DNA of 64,000 nt from Selaginella moellendorffii (lineage: Eukaryota; Plantae; Lycopodiophyta). The notes under the pieces were generated by a model. The model saw only the letters and a list, made by a program, of their open reading frames with translations. It was not told the DNA's origin and made no database searches. This document shows, piece by piece, positions 1-10,676 of the stretch. Made by a program: the position numbers and the translations under genes. Each line of letters starts with the position of its first letter. The first letter of the stretch is position 1. The stretch is from assembly GCF_000143415.4 (NCBI RefSeq), contig NW_003314273.1, forward strand, positions 1,126,074 to 1,190,073, read 5' to 3'.

Positions 1-828
1 TTAGCAAGGGGTTCTTATGAACCTACTAGCTTGACCTTAATGCATCACACCTTGGCATATTTAGTGTTTCCACACCATCGGCTATACAAACCTATTTTTA
101 CAACACTTCCCACTTGTGTCTAAGTCTTTGCCAAGATAATAATAGTCCTTTGTTGTGCCAACTATCAATTAACATTTGAACATAGTATTCACATACAACT
201 CTTCGCCAAAGTTGCTTTCTTCTGTAAACACCTTTTTAACAACTTTGGTATGGCATATTCTGCCATCAATGAGATATCTATTGTTATTATATTTAGATCT
301 CATGATCCTCCCTGTCCTTCGCAAAGTATAACACACCTTAGTCCAAATGCTTCCACCAATCCTTTAGGATCATTCCTTGACTTCACTTGAGTTATCTAAC
401 TTTTCGACTTTACTAATTTGACGACCCATAAGGTCTTGGCTTAATGGCTACTTTTGACGTGTTCGCTTGCTGGAATACAACTTTTTGTATTTATGTCCTA
501 CTCACAAGGACTATCTTTGCAAGTGTTATTCCGACACTTGATTATTTTTTGTTTCATATAGGCTGCTTTTGCCCTTTAGGATTATCTATCTATAAAATGA
601 GAATACTGACTCATCCTCTAAGTACACCTCTAATTCTTTGGGTTGTTCCAGCATTTATTAAAGGTAGCCCCGGCTACCATTTCAAGGACTTGTGTCCTTT
701 TCTGTATTTAACTTTTCACGATCATTAATTCCCATCTTAAATTCATAAGCACCATCTTCAACTATATGAGGATAATTCTATAACTCCTTTATTGTCTCGG
801 AGTTATCATTCTTCTATGATCCTAACTA
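1..828 (-). mobile_element. Highly decayed gag/protease region of the LTR element that the DNA transposon inserted into
   Basis: Minus-strand VQMLIDS protease-like motif near 160-181. On the other side of the transposon, a minus-strand PBS (15150-15160) and 5' LTR point toward this region. Confidence 0.4.
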
Positions 829-852
829 AAGCTCTATTTCGTTAAAGTGGGA
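829..852 (+). repeat. Left terminal inverted repeat, preceded by TSD ACTA (825-828)
   Basis: Exact reverse complement of 14829-14852. The AAGTGGGA core recurs inverted just inside (TCCCACTT 863-870). Confidence 0.93.
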
Positions 853-1259
853 ATTGTCATTATCCCACTTGTAAAATAAGGTTTCCAAACCTTTATATAG
901 TATATAAATATAACAAAATTCAACTGCATTGAGGCACATGCCATTTTATTTTAAACAAGGAAATGTCTACTCAATCACTTCTCACTGCTTCACCTCTCTC
1001 TTTTCCTTGTCATCGTTGTCCAATTTCTTTCCATCCTTTTAATATTGGCTCAGTTGCTCCGAGTCTAGGTGGAGCCCAAGTCCCCATTCAATCTTTACGT
1101 TCCCCTTATTAATAAAACAACTTCGTAGACTTGTAATAACATGCTGTAACACTTCTAGTATAATGCAAATCCTCTCAAAGAATTGTCTTTTAATATTAAT
1201 ACAATGGCATGGAACCCCATGCCATAATAAGTTACATTTTTAAATAAATACATGCCATC

Positions 1260-2122
1260 TCAGACTGTTATTTTTTGCCTCCAACGCCTATACAATAATC
1301 TTGGAATTTCATCACTCTCCACACTATCAGGATTTAAACCCAGTAGTAATGCCATCTCTTCTCTAATACGTCCACGCTCATGTTCAGTGGTCGAAGAACC
1401 CATCCGGTTGAGCAGATTATGGAGATGCGGATAGTGCTTGGCTAGACAATATACATGCCATAAATGATGACTGGTGTCTGTCCGATCAAATGGCTTCTGA
1501 TATACCGTTCCATTTGCCATTTGGTTGATTTCTGCAGCCACCTCCTGGACTGGCCGGTTCTCTATCACCATCGCTTCAAGCCGTTTTGCAAGGTCCCCCA
1601 GAACATACGGTTTCTTCTCCCTAGTTTCCATACTGCAAGAGATGGGGTGCACTGCATATGTGTGCGTGTTCGCTGCAGTTTTAATCGGCGAGTCATCGAT
1701 GATGAGGATTTCACTTGACCTAGCAGTCCGGTTCATCACTACAGCCTCTGCCTTGACGAAGATGGGCTTGCTACCCCTCACATGGACCATAGTCAAGCAA
1801 TCCTCCTGCGTTAGGAGAAAGTCAAATGGTAATATTACTCGCGTCTGATCGTGCATCATCTGTAGCAACGTTAATGCATTGTGGCGCATCATGGATGTCC
1901 AAACTCCCAATTGCAAATTGAACCCGGCCCTCTGTTTTAAGTGTTGCATGGTCATTATTAGATCCCGCAGTTTCTCCCGTGTGATTAATGTGAATCTGTC
2001 TCTTTTGACCAACTTGCGACCGCAGGCTTTGGAGGGTGCAGTGACATTCGAGGACGAGCCACGCTCATGGGAGAAAAGGACACCGTTTAGATCAAAAACG
2101 ATACAGTACTTTCGCCGTGACT
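1260..2122 (-). CDS. Last exon of cargo gene: FCP1/SCP (NIF)-homology HAD phosphatase-like domain
   Basis: HAD motif I variant CIVFDLNGVL, motif II LGVWTS, FLLTQEDC, PIFVK and motif IV ILIIDDSPIK. Joined in frame to the upstream exon by a 47-bp GT-AG intron (2123-2169) with a CTAAC branch site. Confidence 0.85.
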
Positions 2123-2169
2123 CTGAAATGAAATGCGTTAGCATAAAAAATGGTACAAGTCAATTTTAC

Positions 2170-3627
2170 CATCTACAATATTAGCGAATGGTGCTCCCGA
2201 TGGTCGTTGAGAGGGTTTTGGTCGAGGAAACGTGAAGGGCGGAAATACTCTCCTCTGCAATGTGGGGTCAATCGCATCCGATGGCGTGTGGGCACATGCC
2301 ATTTCAGCTGTAGACTCTGGTACAACTGGCTCAACAGTGGCATGGGGTGGTTCCGATGGCGTGTGATCACACGCCATTTCAGCTGGTGCCTCCGTTGGCA
2401 AAGTGGACATGACCGAACAGGCAGCAGGGGCGGTGTAGGGAGGTTCCAACGGCGCGTAGTCAGACGATTGGGCACACGTTGGAAATGAGGATACGACCGG
2501 CTCGGCGGCTGGGGCGGCCTCATGTGGGTCCAATGGCGCCTGGTCACCGTCAGTTGGATACGTGGACAAGATTGACTCAGTGGTATGGGCAGCATCAAGT
2601 GGAGCGTGGTCAGCTTGCTTGGCGTTGATATGGATAGTAGCCTCCACCAGCTCTGATGACTCTTGCAGGCAAGTAGAGTCCACTGGCGGATCCATATGCA
2701 TGTCCAAATATCTCCCTTCGATTGAGATGGTATCCTCCCGTGCTACTAAAAACAAACTCATTAGCACATTGAATCGACTATACTGTATTTACCATCAACT
2801 GCTATTGAGGAACTAGGACCGATATCACTTGGGCGCACTGCTGATTCTGAAGGATTGGACATACGTTTCGACCCTTGCTTGGCACTATCCTTCCTCGACA
2901 CTAAAGGCTAGAGTTTGTATCTTAATTCAACTGAATAATCTCTACTTACCATTTCTTCTGCGACCTACATGGACAATGTTAGAAATGGTAAAAGGTTAGG
3001 AATGGATGTACTATTATTTACCTGATGGTTTGTCTTGTATGACCTTCCTCCGCTGCTCTTTGGCCACCTCAGGCTGGCCATCATCGTCATCATCGTCATC
3101 GTCGTTATTGTGATCGTCACCATTGTGAGGACCATCCAAGTCCTCTTCGTCCTCCTCTTCTTCGTCCTCCTCTTCTTCATCCTCCTCTTCTTCGTCCTCC
3201 TCTTCTTTGTCCTCCTCTTCGTCCTTCTGCTCTTCCTGCTCATTATCTTTCTCTGGCTCCTCATCCCCCTCTTGCATTTCTTCCATAGGCTGCTCAGGCT
3301 GGATTGCTTGTTTTTCCAGGACCATCTTGGAAAAATCATCTGGCCGAGTCTCCATCTCAAAATACAAGACATCCATAGCCTGTTTAACATGGTTTCTGCA
3401 CGTTCTTGCACCTTTCAAAGACGACGAGATGAGAAAAACGTGGCCCTAACTTGAAAAGAATCCCTCATCCATTGTACCTCTCCATTGAGATTGGGGAAGG
3501 GGAGTCCGCCATAGGAATCTGAGTCAGGAGGTGGTGACTGGCTGCTTTCACTCAGCCCTTGATTTGCAATGAATGGCATGAGCACACACGCCATAACCGT
3601 GAGGCATTACCTATCATCTTTTCATTG
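2170..3627 (-). CDS. Middle exons of cargo gene: Pro/Ala-rich repeats and a long Asp/Glu tract
   Basis: Putative exons 2170-2745, 2793-2900, 2950-2964, 3022-3411 and 3478-3557, separated by 47-66 bp GT-AG introns. APLD/EP..AA repeats and an EEEDEEEED tract (3070-3280). The phase at the 3411/3478 junction is unresolved. Confidence 0.6.
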
Positions 3628-4137
3628 NNNNNNNNNNNNNNNNNNNNNNNNNNNNNNNNNNNNNNNNNNNNNNNNNNNNNNNNNNNNNNNNNNNNNNNNN
3701 NNNNNNNNNNNNNNNNNNNNNNNNNNNNNNNNNNNNNNNNNNNNNNNNNNNNNNNNNNNNNNNNNNNNNNNNNNNNNNNNNNNNNNNNNNNNNNNNNNNN
3801 NNNNNNNNNNNNNNNNNNNNNNNNNNNNNNNNNNNNNNNNNNNNNNNNNNNNNNNNNNNNNNNNNNNNNNNNNNNNNNNNNNNNNNNNNNNNNNNNNNNN
3901 NNNNNNNNNNNNNNNNNNNNNNNNNNNNNNNNNNNNNNNNNNNNNNNNNNNNNNNNNNNNNNNNNNNNNNNNNNNNNNNNNNNNNNNNNNNNNNNNNNNN
4001 NNNNNNNNNNNNNNNNNNNNNNNNNNNNNNNNNNNNNNNNNNNNNNNNNNNNNNNNNNNNNNNNNNNNNNNNNNNNNNNNNNNNNNNNNNNNNNNNNNNN
4101 NNNNNNNNNNNNNNNNNNNNNNNNNNNNNNNNNNNNN
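3628..4137. other. Assembly gap (510 N)
   Basis: Run of N inside the cargo gene. Confidence 1.
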
Positions 4138-4153
4138 TATGTCATGATCGTAC

Positions 4154-7100
4154 CTGTTTCGGAACTCTCCTTATCACTCTCCGAGGCCTCCCCCTCCTCC
4201 ACTGGAGGCATGTTGTTCCGTTTGATTTCCTCGACGTGATCTGCAAGAACATTAGTTAATTGCGTGGGGCCACACGCCATCAAACCTTCAGGTTCTTGTC
4301 GTGAGGTCTGCGCTGCTTGCCCTAGTCTCTTTGGAATTTGAGCTGCAAGAAGCAATGGCATGAGAATTCACGTATAACAAAAATGATTGGTACCTCTCGT
4401 CCGTTGTACTTGGCTGGTGCTTGCCTGTTTTGCCTTTGAAGAAGTGTCTCCTGCAAGGAATGGCATGAGACCACACGCCATTGCAAATATAATTTGTACC
4501 TCCTTTTTTCCTATTGCTTGTCTGTTTGTCCTTCTTCGACGCGCCACCAGTGCGCTTTTCAGTCCTCGTGTCTGAATATTCACAACGATCTATAATCAAA
4601 ATGGCGTGAGGCCTCACGTGACCTTACCTTGTGCAGGTTGTGACCTCGGCCTAACATCAGTAGCTGTTAACGCCGTTTCAGCATCTGGGGGTGGCCACGC
4701 TCCTGCATACAGAGCTTGTGAGATAACATTTAAACTTAAAGTGCGTACTCACCAGGTTCGTAGAGAAGATACTGTTTTTCTTTGGCAACTGTAATTATAT
4801 GCTCCATTGAAGTCACCTCTTCAATGGAGTTTGTCACCGCAACACACGGGACACCCTTGAGTAGTGCGGCTCGAAAGAATAGTCCGCCGCAGTTGTACTC
4901 GACAACGCATTTGCCCTTGGAGTCACCCGCTATTGCGTTGAAGACCCAGCTGAGCATTTCCCATGCTGCACCTGGAGCTTTCTTTGGATTCGAAAGCTCC
5001 ATAGCCGTCTTCAGTTCCTCAGGCACGGGTAAATTGACCTCCCTCAGATCAATTCGATCGGCCTTGTCGAACGAAGCTGGGAAGTCACTCCAGTCCCACT
5101 CTGTTGCAGGACCAATAACAAGGGCGACTGTGAAGATGCGGACATTCGTCGGTATCTTCTTCTTAGCCATTATCCCATGGATCTCCCGCATCTCCTTGCC
5201 TTTCAACCGAGCCTTCACCTCGTTCAAGGCCTTCTAGAACTTGTGATAGGATTCGGAGTCGTAGATCATATAGTGGACTGAAGATTCCACCTCCGCAAGT
5301 CCCACCATTAAGTCAATGATGGAGCTGACTTCGTCTGCATGAGTGATCTCCTCGTTTGTGAAGTCCATCACACAAAAGATGTTCTTGACCTGCTCATCTC
5401 CGCGGGAAACGATGCTCCTCCACCTTTGATCCTCATCCGAATTCACGTATACCCGGTAAGGTTCTCGATAGGCCTCTGCTGCGGGGTCGAGCTGTTTCTG
5501 AAGCCGGCGGTCGACATCCCTCTTAATGAAATTTGGATACTGATCCAACTTCTCAGCTTTACTTTTCGTGGCATCCCGCAGCAGATCGATGAACTTGGGG
5601 GCCCCCTTCACGTACTCGTCGATGTCTTCATTTGACAACTCTAGCGCTTCCATCATCTCTTGCGTGGTGTCGATGCTCACCCTCTCCATGGCCACTTGCT
5701 CGAAGATCCAATCCTTCAATAGCGCACGAGCTCTCAGAGTCATGCACATGTCCTCGTATGTCACAATATGGCCGAGAGTCATTTTGGTCTTGTTGAAGAC
5801 TACCTCACCACGTAGAAGAGCATTAGCCACTGTCAGAAGGTCGTCGTCGTCTAGAGACCGCGAGAAACGCAAGGCGTTGAGCTTCAAATCATTGGGCTTC
5901 CGGCCGTCCTCCACACCCATTAAGTTTAGCAACTCCCCGTCATGGTACCTCCTTAGCACATCTACCCATTTGTCAAAAACAACTTTTGTCGCGAGTAGAA
6001 TGTTATGGATGCTGAGTGTGTCATTGACCCCCAGTGTTTTCGAGAGAACACTCGAGAATTCCTGCAATGGAAATGGCGTGAGGCCACATGCTATGCCACA
6101 TGCAACGAGGCTTACCTGCCAGGCGCTAGTTGCTAATGCACGTCCTTGTCCTAGTTTTTGTGGCTTCTTCAGTTGAACCCAGAGCTTCCGTGTTCGTGCC
6201 AATGTCTCGTGCAGACCCGATTTGTAGCACGTTTCTTGCTTGACATTCTGCGCGTGGGAGATGTATATGATAGATCGGAGGGGCGAGTTGCCTTTTATCA
6301 GGCGGACAACTCTTGTCTTGAAGACTTTCTTCACCTCCTCGCCCACCATAATATCCACAACTATCTGTTGCATCGCCAAGCTAGAATGCTGCCCGGAGAC
6401 GGCATAGAACCGGATGTTCTGATCGTCCAACACCTTCCTATTGATCAAGTCTGGAAACCTCGTCTCGCCCTTCATTGTTCGGTAGTAGGGGATCACGTCT
6501 GCGATGTCGGGTGTTACTGGACTTGCCAGCATCTTCTGCTTCAGTTTCTCCACCCACTCATCAGATACTAGCCTGTGGTTGTATTTGCTTTGGATCTCGA
6601 TACGGCTCACGTCGATTGTATATACTTTGTTGGAATAGTAACAAGTACTATTATCTGCGACGATTTTTGCTGCCTCTTCTTGCTCTTTCTGCTCTTTGCG
6701 GCTCTTCTTTTTGGTGGGTGTAGTGTTCGAACCCGAGGCAATGGCATCACCGAGTAGCTTCTTTTTTGGAGCAGCAGAGTCGGACGTCGGCTTGAGCTTG
6801 ACCACCCTTTTTTGCTTCGGGGTAGTTTCCAGATCGACCCCCTTCCCCTTTGCTTCGCAAACTGGAGGCACTCTCAACGGCTCAATGTTGGAATATAGTT
6901 TTTGAACATCGCCGTAGGTGAGGTCCGTGGATTCCATGTGATCTTCATAGACCCGCAGCGTCTTTGAAATTGTGGGCCTCCTGGACAACCTCTCCCTAGC
7001 TCCCTCTAGGAATTCCTCATAGCCGCTGCCCCCCTCCGGGAAGCCGCTAGGATGTGCAAGGTGGATCTTGAAGGCGGACGCTGTCTCTACCACAAGTGCC

Positions 7101-7536
7101 AGTCCATATTCTTGCATGGAACTGCATGGAGTGTCTGTCACTTGGATGAGGATCCCTATGCATTCTTTTCTCCCACCATCTGTGTTGTACAGCATCAGAT
7201 CCTCGCCTTCCATCCCGAAAGTCCAACTGGTGAGCTCCTCCCCCTTCTCTGCATCCACATTGACAGTGGCTGGAAGAAGAACGCAATTCCTCGCCTGTTC
7301 AAAAATGCACAACAATTAGAGCTGACAGATGAAAAGCTAGCAGCTGGAAATAACGTGAGGCCACACGCCATTCACCACTGCATCAGATGTCTTGAGGCTG
7401 CATCCTAAGATGGCGTGAGGCTACACGCCATCTGTAACCGGACTGCACTCGAGAGCCCAATCGGTGCATGCCAATGTTGCTACTGAATGGCATGTGGCCT
7501 CATGCCATTTTCTACTTGGCCTAAAAGACTTACCAT
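4154..7536 (-). pseudogene. 5' part of cargo gene: ParB/DndB-like domain, degenerate N4/N6 DNA methyltransferase-like domain and micro-exons; one in-frame stop
   Basis: Exons: ATG at 7534-7536, then 6116-7294, 4753-6061 (TAG at 5234-5236; ORF 4736-5227 continues in the same frame), then symmetric phase-1 exons 4628-4702, 4500-4571, 4394-4450, 4286-4342 and 4154-4240, all open. Motifs HRLVSDEWVEKL...FYAVSGQHSSLA and KCVVEYNCGGLFFRAALLKGVPCVAV. Confidence 0.72.
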
Positions 7537-7739
7537 TTGAAGCCGAATGGAGGCCGTGACAATCGAGGCCGGACTCGCTGGCGAATGTGCACTGTGTGTG
7601 CAGCGGATCGTAGCAGCAAGGCTACTCTGCCACTTACAGTTGGAGAGTGGTGCTGAAATCTCCCGGGACGCCAAGTGGGCTGCGTGTGGGTGGCGGAGTG
7701 GGCGGCGGAGTTGGCGGCGAAGTTACAAACTGGGTGTGT

Positions 7740-10676
7740 CTTGAAGTGGACGCCGATGCACACGAGCGCGATGCGAGCGCGAGTGTGATGCAAGCGCGAG
7801 TGGACGCCGATGCACACGAGAAACCTGTAGAGAAGTGAGCGTGATCGCGAGTGGGAGCGCGATGCGAGCGGGAGCGCGAGTGTGATGCGAGCGCGAGCGC
7901 GAGTACAAAGCAAAATGCAAAACCTAACCTCACACGCGCGAAATGTCACAACGGTTGGTAATCCCGCCACGTCATCATTCCTCGGACTTGGGCGCCACCA
8001 TTAATTTCTGGATTGCCGCGCGCATGCAAGCACGCAAAATCCAAAAGAAATCCGCAACGTTATCATTCCTCGGACTGCATGCACGCGAAATCCAAAAGAA
8101 AGATCATGATTGGGATATCATTTAATACCCTCGCTATATTTATACCATGCATGATTGGATATTCCAAAGCATCTTGTATTTCCAAAAATGGCAGATGTTC
8201 AGCTAAATAAAGAAATTCTATCTGTTTCTATTTTTCTATCAAATCAATATTATAGCGTGTGGGCTCATGCAATTTTGAACCAAAGAAACCCAAAAAACGT
8301 TGGACCCAAAATATTTTGAAAAAACCCAAAAAACCCTAAACATTTTAAACCCAAAAATCCAGGCGTCCTGTGGCGTTATTCCTTGAATGGCGTGTGGGCG
8401 CATGCCATTTTCAGGGCCAAATGCTGAATGGAGAAAAATTCCCTTTCAGTGCAAATGCTGCAAGAGGCAGATGCCGAGCACAAAGGACTGTAACTACCTC
8501 ACATGACACAGATAAACTTTTCTCTATTTGGCAAAGATAAACTTTATAGCGTGTGGGCTTATGCAATTTTGAACCCAAAAAATGCACCAAAAAATTCTCG
8601 GCGTCATCTGGCATTATCTCTTGAATGGCGTGGGGCCGCATGCCATTTTCAGGGGCACATAGGAGTATATTCCTAGGATATTCTGACACGCGCGAGATTT
8701 TTTTGAGTTTTCTGGAGATCCAACCGTTAGATCGCAACTAGATTTTACAGAATGGTATACAATGTCTTTCTTGATGACCCTGCAAAGAAGCATCTCGATC
8801 GGACACCACATGAGACCACACGAGTCTTACAATGTTTCAGGGGCATTTGCCATAGATCCGACCGTTATTTTGCTCCAAGATTTTACAGTTTGGTGTGCAT
8901 TGACCTTTCCATCGAAACTGCAAAGGGACATCACAATCAGATGCGGGATCACAAGAAACTAACTTCACTAACTCTGGTTTCACCAAGATCTACGTAAGGA
9001 GTTATGAAATGAAAGGACCCTCTCTATTGAAATGTGTTTATGGTCCTAGGGGCATTGTGACATATCAAAGGATTTTGCATCAAGTTCTGTATTTGCATGT
9101 TTATCAAGCTACTGAATTGCTAAACCCTAAACCCTAAACATGTGGCAAATGCTGCGTGAAGAAAGATGCCCTTTCTGGGCAAATGCTGTAAGAGGCAGAT
9201 GCCGAGCAGATGTATCTCAGGCTAGCGAAGGGGACAAACGAAAGCTAGCTATAAACATGACGGGATGCAAATAGATTACTAGGCTGGTCCTGCGAAAATC
9301 AAAAACCATAATTGAAAACATTGAAAATGCAAAAAGAAAAGTTTATAATATTTTTGAATTTTAAGCAACCAAAGGAATGTAAGTAGGGCATGTGTTTGTA
9401 AGTTTAAAAATGCCTCAACCACTTAAATTCCCAAGTAAATAAAGCTGTTTCTATTTTTGGTACAGGTAAACTTTATAGCGTGTGGGCTCATGCAATTTTG
9501 AACCCAAAAATGCACCAAAAAATGCTCGACTAGCATTATTCTTTGAATGGCGTGTGGCCTTATGTCGAGCATTATTCTTTGAATGGCGTGTGGCCTTATA
9601 TTGCCATAAATGGACGTACACACACAGCGTAATTATTCCTTTACACGGCGAATAATCTTGGCGCGGATCGCTGACATGGCATGGCAAAGTTCGAATCACT
9701 GACATGGCACAGCTGGATCGAGGCAAGGACATGATGTGACAAAGTTCAACCTCCGACAGCAAAGTCTAGAAGCTACTCAGTTTGAAATTTGTCAGAGGAA
9801 TCATAAGATCTGGTTTGTCAGAGGATTTGATGTGACGTTCAAGCGTGTGTTATTTTTGAATTCTCGAACTCATTCCTAGGTCTATCATTTTTGTGCGCCG
9901 TGTTCTTGGTTCCGCTGAGCGCAGTGAGCGCTGCTTGTGTAAGCGGCGTTGTGGGCTGTGGTTTATGCGTCTACGAGCGGTTGCGGCATTGCGAGCGCCA
10001 TTGCGAGCGGCAGTTTATGCGAGTGGCAGTTTGTGCGAGCGGCGCTACGAGCAGTTGCGGTGTTGCGAGCGGTGCTACGAGTAGTTGCGGTGTTGCGAGC
10101 GGCACTGTCTTTGGTGTGGCTACCGCTTCCTCTTGATATTCGGCATTTGTGCTTCCTGGTATGTTCACCATGGAATGGCTTAGGACCACATTTAGAAATG
10201 GCATGAGGCCACATGCCATCTTGGGCCCTTGCAATTTCATGGCTAGCGTATTGTCATGTATGTTTTTACTTGCCTGCAGCTGTGTGTATATCAAGATGGC
10301 ATGAAGCCTCATGCCATCTTTGGCCCCTGCTAGCCTATTGCCATATTCCTTTTGCCTTGCTGCAATTGTATATATTTTTGTATGGGTGACTAGTCACGCA
10401 CACAAAAATATATACAGTTGCAGCAAGGCAAAAGGAATATAGCAACAGGCTAGCGTATTGTCATGTATGTTTTTACTTGCCTGCAGCTGTGTGTATATCA
10501 AGATGGCATGAGGGCTCATGCCAATTTTGTGAATGCGAAATTTCACGTGGGTGTCAATAGCATGTTTGAATAATGGCATGTGGCCTCATGCTATTGAGGT
10601 TGTTTGGTATGTTATGATTTAGGCCATTCTCTAATCATTTTTTGTATGGTCTTAACTTCTTTTCTGCACTTTCAGA
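7740..10676. promoter_or_regulatory. Divergent promoter and 5'UTR region between cargo gene and transposase
   Basis: CpG-rich GCGAGCG repeat blocks at 7760-7940 and 9895-10105. Telo-box-like TAAACCCTAAACCCTAAAC at 9121-9139. Three related ~100-bp units (near 8225, 8525, 9445), each with palindromes. Splice acceptor TTTCAG ends at 10675, just before the transposase ATG. Confidence 0.55.
10329..10454. repeat. 126-bp loopless near-perfect palindrome flanked by a ~76-bp direct repeat
   Basis: Arms 10329-10391 and 10392-10454 centred on GACTAGTC. 10241-10317 is repeated at 10448-10523. Confidence 0.9.

Noticed and set aside
2965-3454. Hydrophobic (+) and Arg/Lys-rich (-) ORFs over the acidic tract
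   Set aside because: Shadow frames of the GAR/GAY repeat.
3552-4361. Long ORFs spanning the N run
   Set aside because: Artefacts of the assembly gap.
9121-9139. Interstitial telomere or chromosome fusion scar
   Set aside because: Fewer than three units; better explained as a telo-box.
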